The notes under the pieces were generated by a model. The model was given only the letters and a program-made list of their open reading frames with translations. It was not told where the DNA came from and searched no databases. 64,000 bases of DNA, taken from the NCBI RefSeq assembly GCF_902652985.1, contig NC_047019.1, positions 18,600,001-18,664,000 on the forward strand. Reading direction: 5' to 3'. Every line of letters begins with the position of its first letter. Within the stretch, counting starts at the first letter, position 1. The stretch is from Pecten maximus. Lineage: Eukaryota. A program made the position numbers and the translations under genes. Shown in pieces: positions 12,501 through 25,162 of this stretch.

Positions 12501-15500
12501 GAGCATGTACATACCGCCTACACTTACTGACAGATGGTAAACATGAAACGCACGTGAAGTCAAGTACGGCATATTGTAGCCCCTCATCACACCTCGCTTC
12601 ACTCTCCTGTACGCATGCCACACTTATCAACTCGTGAAATGTCTACATGGTAAGAAGTAAACCTTCAAATTTAATTGTCGATATTCATTTTTCAAGAAAT
12701 TACATATTAATTAAACAAGCATTTCTCAAATAAAACATTTTGATGTACGAAGCTCATCATAGAATGTTATCAAAGTCAAAATTCCAAAATGAACCATTTT
12801 AGAATTTCTATTTAAACAACCTGCTACTATTTGTTGTACATTGATAATGAGCAATAAAAATGAATTCATTAACTTTAAACGTCTCTTCATATTTCTAAAA
12901 TTCCATCGCTAAGTATTCTGTGTTCATTAGACCCACTCCCCTCTCGAATAATGTTTAAAATTAATGTGTACATATGATATTCATACGCTTATCATTTACA
13001 GATAAATGGCAGTGATTTACCTTGAGACTGTGTTTTACAGACAAGGAATTATTTTAATTGTACTTACGTCCTTGGCAATGAGTACATTTTATATCGTGTA
13101 TGTTGCAGACTGGATCAATTACTATGGAGCCGTAAGAACCGTCTTTGATTTGGATACGTTACCCGGTGCCTAACAACATTTTACACCCTGATGAAGCTGT
13201 GGGAGTTCTCTATCAAGTCCCGTCAGTACGTAATATTTACTCATACAGTTAAGCCATGCATACTAGAAATTAAGGTTGTACCCAAAAGTTCGGGCGTTAT
13301 ATACATTACATACCTATTGTCTGGTCATATTCTCCAATAAAACGCTTTGTCAGAAACCGCACAGACAACGCTGCAAAACAAAACAAAAAATCTTAAATAA
13401 ATCTCAAAAGATATATTTACGTCATAATGACTTTAAATTATTAGTTTGTCGTTATAGTTACCGCATTAGTGTAAGTAGCTATTCAGCATTATTATAATCT
13501 GACTCTAAATGTTATATAAACATTGTTTATGAAGGGATGGTTATTAAAACATAATGTCAAGCTAACTGGGGCTTTTAAGATACGGGTATCAAAGGCCATT
13601 CATATAGAAGACATAAATATTGATCTTCAGCAAACCTACATATAAGAATATCGGTATTTCATCGGTTTAGCTGAATACATGAACTTGAGTTTGTTTGAAG
13701 ACACGGAAGGCCATGTTCCTATGCAAATTAGTATAGATGTTTAACAAGCACGCTTACCTATCAATTGTAAGGTGGCCATGGTTTTGTATCCCAAAAGGTG
13801 ACCTTATTTAGGACAAGACCATTGTGTGCTTTTTGGTCAAATCGCAAAGGAAAATGACGTTATAAGAGTTGGAAAAATAACCTATGATAGGACGGAATGG
13901 TAAATTTAAGCCTACACCCCAATGCTTAATGGAGGGCATACTCATATAACCAAAAATCAAATAGCTGGTCATGATTCAATGAGAACCTCCATATTATCAT
14001 TATCATAGAACGTTATCGGGAGACGGAAGACAATCTTGAGGGAAATGACATAGTTTTCCCCGAGATCACAGGTAATACTTCTTTTGGTCAAGATGAAACG
14101 TTGGTTAGGTACTACTGTTTAAAGTCATGTTTAGATATAAGTGTCAGTTAAGGACGTTGCCTGTCAAATATGTGGTCAGGTTATAGTGCGATTTCACTGA
14201 AATATCATGTAGCGGACACATCGACGTCATACCATGATTGTGTTTATCAATTAATCTATTTCATTAAATGGGTGTAAAGCAGGAAATATAAAAACAACCT
14301 CTAGGTTGTCTTTGGTATACGTAACGGCTTGGGAATAGAGTTATTCATACAGGCAAACGTTCAATACCAAGGTGTGACCGTGTAGAGGGAGACATTAGAC
14401 GGAAGAAACAAAATATAAGTTAAGAGAGAAAAGAGAAGAGAGAAATATCCTTAATTCAGTAGCCTCTTAGGAATCTTCAGAGCACTCCAAAGGAGCGAAA
14501 TACCATATACATGTAATTGTCATTAATTGGTCATATCATTCCTAGTGTTTTGTATTTGTTCATGGAAATAAGTTCTGTTTACTTGTTTTACATTACATAA
14601 ACACACATAATCTATTTTCTTTAGCATGTGTATACAAACAATCATGCGTCATCAAGTACCACGATACCTACAATGTACCTAAAGTCAACTACTAACAACC
14701 AAACCACCGCGAATGTATGATCAAACAGCACGAAATACACGTGCGGTGTGTATGAATGAATTGTCTATACGACTGTGATTGAGCGGAGGTGTTCAGACAA
14801 AATACGCAAAATATTAACAGAATACATAGGCAGACAAGATGGCGACGTCAGTAGAATTCCAGGGGGTTCGGTACCGTATGCTGATGTTTGTCGCAGGAAC
14901 ACACAGACAATGGCTTTGACCTCAGTCAGCTAATATAGTTAGTATGATCATATCCGTGGTCATGTTTTCGTCAACGTGTTTCAGCAAGGTATAATTACTA
15001 TTTTTCTCCTTCAATCAATTCTCTTTTTTCTTTTCTTTTTTAAATTTAGGACATTTGCCTCATGTACTTAAATTGTACAACCCAAAATGCATCTATAGAT
15101 CTATACCAGAACCCGGTAAGTTGAATAATAATAAAATCTCAAAAGTACAGCTTACATGATGCAACAAATCCAATAAAGATGCTATGCACTTAGAAACCCA
15201 TATAAAATAGATAGACAAAGAAGCTCAAATACAACGTACGTAACGAATTCGATCATTATACACAAAATAAGAATAGATTGAATATCTAAAGTACAGTTAT
15301 TGGAATTAACGCCCAACAAAAGAATCCCTTTGTTTGCATGGTTTTATATAATATTCCGTGTAAGTGCGATACATAGTTTCCTCATTAAAAATGCGATGTT
15401 CATTTACAGAATAGTTTGTAGCAACGAAACCTCATTTTATATATACTTATAATAAACCGAAATGCAGCGATAATCTTTCGGCCACTTTCAACAATTTTTC

Positions 15501-18500
15501 TTTATGTTTATAGAAATGCATGCTTTTCAATAACAAGAATGCTGACCTGGAAATAATTACATTGTTTTTGCTAGGAATATTTACGACCTGTTTTAATGTT
15601 GTAAATGAAATCAAGTTTATTTGTAATGAAACGACTGTTGCGTCATGGCGAAAAACTGTTACAAAAAACATTTGAACTAATCTTCAAAATGATTTTATAG
15701 GAACTGAAATAGCATACATCAAAAACTGTATACAGTCAGTTAAATGTGTCCCAAGCTATAGAGAAAACTAATCACAAAAATAGTTATTGTTTAGATAAAC
15801 ACATTCCATCCACACATATTCAGAAAGTATGCCAGAACGGTCAAGGAACAGCTAGTAGCGTCAGAACGGCGTGACCTTTCAAACATGGAGAGGTCATGAC
15901 CTCAGAAAGTGGTGGTGTAAATATCCAAGATGCTGTTTATGTACTATAAACATCCCGGAATGTAAACATCCTGCGGAGGGATGGAGTGGTTTTCGTCAAG
16001 GACGATACATGATTCGCTACACTGATCAATGTTTTAAGTATATGGTTCATTTGGCTGAGCCGAATTCTATCGTGTCGATAATACTGAGACTGGGGGATGT
16101 AGATAGATCGGTCTAAATGACTATCAGATACCATTTCGGTATTTGCGGTCTTAATTGTTTTTTTGTTTTGTTTTGTTTTTCTACTTTATTTTTTATCCTG
16201 ATATGTGTTTGTTATTAACATTACGAAATATTATTAAGATTTGTTCAAACAATTTGAGAGCTTAAAGGATTTTAAGTTATTTTAGTCCTTTTTTTCTACC
16301 CCTAAAAATGCTCGATTAAGTTGTGCTAGTATGATAGTCGTCATCTGTTTCTGTCAAACCTCGCATTAAATGCTTATCTGTGAACATTTGAATATACAAT
16401 GTACACACAAATTCATTGAAAAATTTCCTCTTCTCGCACTTTTCATAAAGTATTCCTCCATTTTCTTTATTATTGATTTAAAATAATTATAACACTTATG
16501 TCAAAATTTAGTAAAAAAAAAAAATAGGTACGGTTATAAAAGTTTATACATGTAATTTAAAGGTCAGATACTTGAGTGGATATCACGTTTGAATATTAAG
16601 TTATATAATTATATCAAATGAAATAAATCTGCACCATGCAGCTATTTTGCTCTTCTAGGACTCTTCAATTTTTATTGCTGCTTCAGAAGTTTGAGAATTG
16701 ATTTGTTTTTATTATTTTTCTCATATTGTATGGTGGCGTTTCATGATTGAACTACGTATCTGTGAAATATACCACCTGAATAGTTTATGGTATCAACATA
16801 TATATATATACATCAACCATTTTATAGGCAAACCGCGATTCCATAGTCTATGTCTGCCAGTTAAATATCTAGATGAAGAATGGTCTGTCCAAATTGATAG
16901 ACACCAGACCCGGCCTATGGTAAATGATACAGAGATCGTTACATAATACAGAATGAATTCCTGCCTGTAATGCTATTGTGGTAGAACCTTTGATAGCCCG
17001 GACTTCAGTGAACTCTGTGGATGATCCTGGCAGAAGTTGAACTCAATATACACTCAGACAATACTAAAATAGCTCTTTAAACCCTAATAATACAAATAAA
17101 CTGAAGTACAACCAATAATCTGTTTTTCGTCATAATGAATACCACTCCAGCCGTAAGCTTTGTCTGAGAAAATTAGAGCAGGTACCAGTATTCTTAAAGA
17201 GAGCCACTTGTTGCGTGATCGATTACATATGATATGTTTTAGTTTATACCGTAATAAATGCATGTAACGATCAAGTATATCAGACCATGCTCAAAACAAC
17301 AATATATATATATATATATTCTATTAAATAAGTTATGGTGTAGACTTCAAACAGTTTTTCTTCGTAAGGAATTTTTTATAGCTTCCCACTTCCGGTTTTA
17401 TAATACCACTACTAGACACCATACAAGCATAGGTACATTCCATGGTAGTTTGCATAAGACAAAATATGTTTGTTTTGAATGGCGAATCCCTTTTTAGACG
17501 CTTTGCTAAACACTGACATAAATACATCATCTGACATATTCAGTGAATCATTTTTAAAACATAAAACGGGGTACGGAAGAATCGTTTCATGTCAGGTTAG
17601 TTAAAGTATTTTAATTTTCCATGTACGAGTATGATATATCGAAATTAATGATATGAAGGGCAGGGTCAGAATATGTCATTAGCTATTTGTATGAAACGTT
17701 TACATAGTTACGTCACTTCCTTTAACCGTTTTAAGTATTGGGTGCACTGCAAACGAAAATACGATGTATTTTAGAGATGTTTCTCAGGAAAACAAAATTA
17801 AAGAATCGAAGATTTATATGAAAATATCCACAGTAAACTACACCACTTTCTTACGCTGGACCTTGATACTGGATGATTTTTACTCGAGCATTCTTACGTG
17901 GTCGAGTTGTTCAAACTGTACGTTTGGAACATTCTGTAATGTAATTCATAATATGTCGGTTTAGCTAAAATACTATCAATAATACTTTCTTCTTTTCCGT
18001 TAATGGAAGTTTATGTTAACTTAGGTATTTAGCTCCATGCTTTTACGGGCATTTTCATTTCTGCCGTGGCTCATTATTATTGCATTGGAAAGTCATGTAA
18101 TCTGAGTGGCATTTAAAAGTTAGCTAATACAACTGCTTTTATTTTACTGATAGCTTATACAACTGCTTTTATTTTACTTAGCGACCTGTCGACAACTAGG
18201 TTCAATTTAGGACGGCCTTTCCGCGAATGTGTGTTCTTGGTAGGCTGCGATATGTTCGGTTCGTTTGAGGTTCCTTCCTGATGCCGACTATACAGTAACA
18301 CCTCACTTCAATTACAGGACACCGAAACCGGTTACATTATAAACTGACAATGGGTGTTTCACGAAGGGCTGACCAATAAACAGAGGGTAGGTATATGTAC
18401 TACCAATGTTAAAGACTGGTTTGTATCGAGTAGATGACAGAACCCAAAGCAATCATCACGAGGTGAATGCCACACAGAAAGGCCATAAATGAGACAGTGT

Positions 18501-21500
18501 ACCTTGTCAATGAGGACATTATGAAAAAAGGAGAGAAAAGGTAACATTTCAATCTAAGTCCTGCGAATCATGCAATGGGGCAGCTGGTACAAAGCTTACT
18601 TCTTATCTTCTTCTTAAATTCAATGTGGATTTAAACCGGATGTAATCAAGTTAAACCGGAAGTAATCAAAGTGTTATAATTGTTATTGATTTGTACCTCG
18701 GGTAGTTATATAAAATTGAAATAGCGCATTGCCGTTGTATATATACTTTTAGGTAAACGTCTTTCTCAACCGCTTCGTGCCTTTGTACAGTCGTGGTCAC
18801 ATGATCGAAGTACTTGGATGCGAACCTGCGACCTTTCGGTTAATAGGCTTAATCACAATTCAATACCACTAGCATGTGGTTTGTTATTGTTTGTCTTTGA
18901 TTCTAAGAAAACAACTAACATAGACGATCGCATATAGTCAGTTTGGTCCAATGTACAGGTACATCTATCAAGGCAGTAAGATCTCATCAACAGTGCTACG
19001 GGGTCGTAATTAGCCTTGACTCTTGTGTAATTAAGGCTATACCTTACTTAAGACCATATGTATGGCGAATGGATTAGGCCCGACTATACCACACAATTGT
19101 CTAGGTTGACGACCTATTGAGAATGCAGGCGCGAGAATATTCCTGTGGTTTACAAAGTACAATGTGTATTTTGCGCGGGTTCGCTTTCGCTTTCTTGAAC
19201 AAGAAAAGAGAAGAAATGTTTGTTTCAATAAAAATGTACATTATTCGTAGGACAAAACCTCTCTTTTCCAAAACGTAATACAGAAAAAAACACAACATAC
19301 ATGTCAATACTCATTATATTTGTAATATGCAAAGACCAGTGGAATAATGAATACGGTCAGGAATGGAAAGTTGGAATACGTGTCTAAGTCTGTCCTCGCT
19401 GTCTCGATATGACGTCATGACCCTTTTGTCTACCTCGGTATTGTATATCTGTCTACATACTTCTAAGTATATGTCAGCAATTACACACACTTGATCGACA
19501 GTTTCGCATATGTTTTCTTTAACTATCTAAACAATTTAGCGGAAAATTGTAAGGACCCGCTGTCTGGATGCTTCCTGGTCTGTTATTGCCGAAACTACAG
19601 GAACAGCGGGAGCTAATGGCGGACCTATGTCAATTAAAATAAATGTTCCTAATTATAGAAATAGCCAAGTGTGACATAAATAAATATATATATATCGAAC
19701 GAGAGTTTTCTACCCTCTTACCCGACTTCTCCCCCCACCCCCAACAGCTGTTACTTCACTTGGTATTAATGAGTTACTGTATCGCAACGCCTGTTGGAGG
19801 ATAAACAGCACATAATCACCGGAGTGAACGCGGAACTTGATAACGAGAGAAGAAAAAGTTCGAATAACTAAATAAAAACCAAAAAAACATTGTCTTGTTA
19901 GAAGCCAAAAATTTCGACAAAGGGCAATAACTGGTATTTTCATGTTAATTAAACATGTAACCTTGCCGAAGGTGACTTCCAAGTTAAAAAAGATTCAAGG
20001 CTACGTACTGTTCTGCTTATTTTTTTAAAAATAATTTTATCGTTTCCTTTTTTTAACACATGCACTACCAAAATAGACGCCAGGGTGATGAGGTTTTGTG
20101 CATTCTGATAGGTGTCAGAATCTTATACATGTTATGATTTAACACCTTCCCAGAGTGATTGTAACTATACAAGTTTTCACGCCGACATCGACATTGTGAT
20201 TAAATGATTACTTTACGTGTTATACGCTGCCTACGCACCAGACGAACAGAAAGAGGTCACCGGGAGGGTGCTGGAGGTAACGTGATGTAGAGAGGAAATA
20301 TAAAACAGCATACGGGAACATTACAAACGGAATAAAAGATGGAAAAATGCGCCAAAATGTCTGCAACTTTAGATATGATTATGATTTAGATATCAGTTTA
20401 CTTCCCTGACATGAATGTAAATTGCAACAATATCTATAGAAAACTAATGAACACAGTACCACAGCCATAACAAACATGTGGAAATATGAAATGATAAGTT
20501 GGGATGTATTTAATATATCATAATAAATAAATAAATGACGACAGTGCCACTACTATTCCTCATGTTAGCTGTAGCATTGATTTAGACCGCGATTTTGAAA
20601 GATAATTACCATACATGAGATTGGGTTGGATACAGGTATATTATATTAGCTATGTGATAAACAAAACTGCTATGAGGAAGGATTCGAACCGCGCAATTAT
20701 TATACCGCGACATTTGTGGATCGGCAATGAATGATAGTTATATGCATAACAGTGTCTATACATCGCTTAACTAATAAAACGTATTCAAAGAGTACAAGTG
20801 CGAGGGACATATAAGCGTGATGATTTAGGACTTATTTTCATGCAGACACGTGTCTGTGATATTAACCTGAATGTATGTATGTTAGAGAGCCAGATCATTG
20901 AATAGATAAAGACAGAGAGGAAGTGTATGTTTATATACAATCACTAGCTGATCCAGAAGTCAGACTGGTGTGGTGACCTTTGACCTGAGATCTCTTTGGT
21001 CAAGGAGGGATATTTGGTAATATAACACTGCCTGGCACGTGCAGTGTACAGTTCTGTTTTTATGGTTTGTGTATTTAGGCATTTAAACAACTGGAGACCT
21101 GGTCTGGACTCGGTATATGTTTCAGTTTCAAATAACTAAGAAACAAGTCATGCTGGGAAATAATTTGGTAGATTAGAACACTTTCGAACATGAATTAACT
21201 TTGATTAATTCATGGCACAATGAATGACAAATCCAAGATCGACAGAAGCCAAACTTTACCTGGGGAAGGGTAATGAAGGGGAAGGGAGGGAGGGAGGGGG
21301 TCCTGGGGTGAGTTTCATTCGTGCTGTCTTCAGGCCAGAATAGACAGATAATTATCTCTAGTCCTTTCTATACTCTCACCATGATTACCAAACATGCTTT
21401 GGATCGCTTCCCAGCATCACAGTTTCAAGTAATCACAAATTAATTGCAAGCAAATGTGTGGTGCATATTATATGTGGCGAGTAAATTAAGGGCGTCGTTA

Positions 21501-22055
21501 CACCGCTCTGCAGCTAAAGTTCAGACAGTACTCGTCATCAAGAAATACAAAGAGGTTGAAAAGGGGGTGCTTGGCACCTGCATTTTGAGCAGAAAAGGGG
21601 ACTTGAGTTACTAGGTTGTTCTGTAACAGGAACAGGCAGTAGTAATTATCGATATGACACTTGGCACTTTAATGTCTACATAATGATACGGTTGTGTAGA
21701 GCCAAGGTACAGGTTGGGATTCATACTGTTATGCCTGCAGATTTATGAACTGGACGTACGGTTCATTGATAGACATGGTCGTCCTTGTGTTTGATTAAAT
21801 ATGCCATAACAATTTAAAAAAAAAAAGATCATTAAAAAAAAAACGATGACATCAATAATTTACTAAATTTCAATTGATTTGTATCGAAAATGAATCGAAA
21901 ACGTATTTTGACTTACCACTCTTTCCGGTTCCCTCATGACCTAGAACAGCGATCTTGGTGTCGCCAAATGAGGATTTTTTCCTTTTGAGGTACGGCCGGA
22001 GCCCTGCCCCCGTGCCTCCCGTGGGAGAGTCGCTGAGCCCGCCCCCTCCGCTCAT
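6413..22055 (-). CDS. Ras-like small GTPase, RERG/RASL11-like family; 5 coding exons (22055-21917, 13370-13314, 11409-11336, 10873-10666, 6594-6413), 219 aa
   Basis: Spliced by hand: all introns are GT-AG, phases are consistent (1,1,0,1), and the exons total 660 nt. Motifs are G1 GHEGTGKS followed by ALSVRFLTKRFIGEYDQTIE (RERG-type effector region), G3 DTISN, LRWGDGFMLVYSV, G4 GNKCD and G5 EVSAS. The protein ends ...GREKASS* with no CAAX, as in RERG/RASL11. Exact orthology is not established. Confidence 0.93.
6738..6907. repeat. 41-bp tandem repeat, ~4 copies (caacagccagggtcatatatgaacaggtgtcaaggagacgc) in RERG-like intron 4
   Basis: Unit starts at 6738, 6779, 6820 and 6861. Confidence 0.9.
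7090..7295 (-). mobile_element. Degenerate SINE-like remnant
   Basis: ctcactgaggatcatacagccggagctgtcatt...tacgtattcctttacaactggac...agtatcttgtgccgaga resembles the reverse of a central domain I recall from invertebrate tRNA-derived SINEs. This is from memory only. Confidence 0.3.
8205..9820. repeat. 30-bp GT-rich minisatellite, ~54 copies (gtgtttgacgtaatggtgttatgttgtggt) in RERG-like intron 4
   Basis: Period 30 is directly visible, with 27-nt and 25-nt deletion variants. It explains the VFDVMVLCCG ORFs. Confidence 0.97.
10666..10873 (-). CDS. RERG-like exon 4 (REDCGARDDVLRWGDGF...GNKCDLAHMRQVTKDE)
   Basis: gttacag acceptor and gtatg donor; G4 NKxD motif; lies inside ORF 10589..10960. Confidence 0.93.
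11336..11409 (-). CDS. RERG-like exon 3 (ESKYKYTTVVDTESITFEILDTISN), 74 nt, absent from the ORF track
   Basis: ttgcag acceptor and gtgagt donor; beta2-beta3 strands ending in ILDT. Confidence 0.92.
13314..13370 (-). CDS. RERG-like exon 2 (ALSVRFLTKRFIGEYDQTI), 57 nt, absent from the ORF track
   Basis: tttgcag acceptor and gtatg donor; encodes the effector/G2 region. Confidence 0.93.
21917..22055 (-). CDS. RERG-like exon 1 (MSGGGG...KIAVLGHEGTGKS)
   Basis: ATG at 22055, P-loop motif, donor G|gtaagt at 21916. Confidence 0.9.
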
Positions 22056-22285
22056 AATGTCAACGGGGAAAGGGACAGGTGTGACACAAATAAGTCACAC
22101 AGGTAATAACACAATTCCGACAGGTAAGTTATCGGACCATCTCCGTCTAGGAACTCCAAACGTTACAACTCCATGGCATTGGAAGTATATAATGATACAG
22201 GATACTAATGGACAATACACAGCTCTGCTCGTTCTTGAAGCTTTGTCGATGCCATTATATTCCCCTTCTCACTCTAACTGTGCAC

Positions 22286-22293
22286 TATTTATA
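22286..22293 (-). promoter_or_regulatory. Candidate TATA box (TATAAATA) of the RERG-like gene
   Basis: Consensus TATA on the minus strand about 230 nt upstream of the ATG; no transcript support. Confidence 0.35.
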
Positions 22294-24234
22294 CCTCTCT
22301 CCTCTCACACCAGGTGCCGATAGAGTGAAGTATTCCCCAGTATATACACCTACAGCTCGACCCTCCTCTCCTCATCTCTGTAATCGTCATTATCTTCCAC
22401 CGTTATCTAATTGTCTAATCTGCATTGTACCTGACCGCGCTAAATCATATTCATAACCAGACGCTTCTGATGTTCTGAACACTAATCCCAACAAAGGAAC
22501 CCGAACTGATGAATACCTGGCGTAACGTGAATGCTTGGAGCCGAAATTGTTAGAATTATTTGAATTCAGCAAATCTCAGACATAGCACAACATATTTTGC
22601 AGTTTCAACGTCTAGCCTTCACACTAAATCATAACTAAAGACTACGAGCTAGATCTTTATGACGGTTCTTATCTTAATTCAGTACATGTAGGTAATGCAG
22701 TTTTAAGTGACACCATATAGCTTTTGCACTTTCAAACAACGATAACAATAAGTATCTCGAAGTACGCCAGATACTTAATATTTAGACGAACTGATTGATC
22801 TGCCGTTATACTTATTGGGTTAATATCAGTTTCAGCCTATTAATCCTGATTCTGACCGTAAGTAATGACACTCAAAACATCATACTGATGTACTATCACC
22901 ATTTTTACTCCACGAACCAATCAGAAGAAGCTCTCAAACAACCTGTCACTTGTCTCTATCCATACTGTCACGTGTCGGATCATCGATGATGACGTCCTAT
23001 CACCCTAACAACTCTTTTTAGACTTGATATATGCAATATCTTCTTTTTATCTTAATATTTTCTGTCCGTCAACGAAAAATTAATTACATTACACAAAGCT
23101 GTTTTTCCGTCAACATTGGCATTGTTTGTATCCCCTTCCTATCGTAACTCTATGCGTAGCCACTGGTACCAATGGGAGCTACATGGCATACCACAGATAC
23201 TTCAAATACGCAAGGTCTCTGGCGAATTAGTGGGGTTTCATAGGAATCATCAGACAAGTATCGGCAGGTTGGAGAAGATTGTATCTGATTACCCCCAGGG
23301 TGTTAAAGTGTTTCTGGGCCACCGATTTATCTCTGATTTCATTGATCCCGAAACTTTCCCCGGAAGCCGGTATTATCTGTCCTCAATGTTATCTTAATTA
23401 ACTCCTTAACATCAACGAACTTTAATTTGCTGCCGATTTACTGTTTTTATTCAGTAAATCCTAAAACTGGATATTGTACGTTTGGGTTTTAATACAATTA
23501 TATATTATATAAGGAATTTATAGTCAAAATGTGACGTCATTCGTGTTACTGATTTGTTTCGCTCCACTATTTAGATTTACATTCTACCGCGCACACCCCC
23601 ATCCCATCTCCTTTGTGTGAATATTTGATCACATGACAACTACTGAGACGTCGTTAAATTTATGGTGAAAACACAAACATCGTTGTTCCAATTAGTCGAA
23701 AACTAACGTTTGAGAGTGAATAAAGACATAAAACAACAGAGAGTACCGACATGCTTCCGAAGTCATAATTCAAACTAAGAATCGATTAAACGAGGGCAGA
23801 ATATAGATCTGTATTGAGATTCCTTCTACTTCATCAACGACACCCGGCATACAAATATAGGCCAAATCCGGTTCCTATCACAATCTCGAATGAGAGTTAG
23901 GATGGTGACAATGAAATCACCAGGTATATCAACAAGCATCAAGCACTTTATATCAAATAAGGAAATAGAAAATTTCCTAATCAGATCATAATGTCGACTT
24001 TACTATAGTTTTCACCAACTTGCACCTTGTGTAGTCAATGTCTCCGTCAGTACTCGACATTCGTCACTGACATCGTGATAATGAGAACAAAATCGTTAAA
24101 TATCGAATCAACTGGGACGTGTAAACATCGTATGTTGGGGAAGCAGGGATGCTGCTATCTAGAAAGAACACATTGGAAAATAAAATCATCACGTTTAGTT
24201 GTTTGCATACGTTGTAAGTAAAGGAATATTACAT

Positions 24235-24664
24235 GCTGCCCCCTGTTCCTTGATCGTAAGAGGCGACTTAATTTGGGATCTTATCGTTTTTCTTCTTTCT
24301 TAACAGTTCTCTTCTTCCTAATGTCTCCCGTAATAGTGCCTCATGTTTGGCCTTCAGTTGAGCGAACGCCCATGTTAGGAATGCTTTGGGTTCTGCCCTT
24401 TGGCCTAGACATACCAGAGTCTTGAAACATGGTAGTGGCTACTCCTGCTCAGTGCTGAGTGTCCTCGTAAGTATGTTTCAGTGAGGTAGCACTATAAATT
24501 GACACAAATTCTGCAGTATCAAAAGGAAACTAAACACGAACATACCACAGCCTCTCAAAACATACATATGTACTCTCCTCACGCATGCATATCGCACGCA
24601 CACGAGGCCGACCTTAAACGACATAAGCTGTTGATATGACTTAAAACAAAGAAAGAAAGAAAGC
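24235..24664 (+). mobile_element. SINE-like interspersed repeat (3' part with gaaa tail)
   Basis: Contains cgtaagaggcgact, atggtagtggctactcctgct, cagcctctcaaaaca...cgcacgca and a (gaaa)n tail. It is paralogous to 63255-63710 in this window and resembles bivalve SINEs as I recall them. Confidence 0.65.
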
Positions 24665-25162
24665 AAAAGAGGCCTTTTGTTGAAGAGGCATGGTATCCTT
24701 GATTTTTACAGTAGTTAAATGGTGTAAAGGAATTAAACTTTTACCCTTATATACTTTATGCGGATTAGTATGATATATTCCTTGTTAGTGATATTTTCGT
24801 TGTTTACTCAAACAAGCTGTTTATGCAATGATTAAATAATGTTGAATTCCTTTGTTACTAGATGGTTTCAGCTATAATTTTGATAAGTATAAATAATAAA
24901 ATATAGGCTCAATTCCCGGTCTGTTTACCACTGTAAATAAACAAGCGAACAAACTATAGATAAACAAATAAATAAATAAACGAACTTAATTTGGTTTCAG
25001 ATTGTTACAATGTATGATGTAAGCAGTTAAGCTAAGGTAGATAACGCTAAATGTCATTTAATACATTGAGTATTTACATACAAATGTCCATCTAGTGATA
25101 AAATCATCACTATACAAAGTACATGTAGACATAACCTCACACGAGACGAACAAACACACGCA

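Noticed and set aside
13188-13235. Hammerhead-like ctgatga followed by a stem
   Set aside because: GAAA is replaced by gtaa and no stem I or III pairing was found.
18121-18670. Short tandem dimers (30 bp at 18121-18182, 20 bp at ~18631-18670)
   Set aside because: Ordinary slippage duplications with no further structure.
18815-18872. tRNA-like B box on the minus strand (ggtcgcaggttcgcatcc)
   Set aside because: No cloverleaf or acceptor stem; at most a decayed SINE head.
21955-22456. Plus-strand ORFs of 122 and 82 aa overlapping GTPase exon 1 and its 5' region
   Set aside because: Antisense shadows of a GC-rich exon; the longer has a non-ATG start; no motifs.
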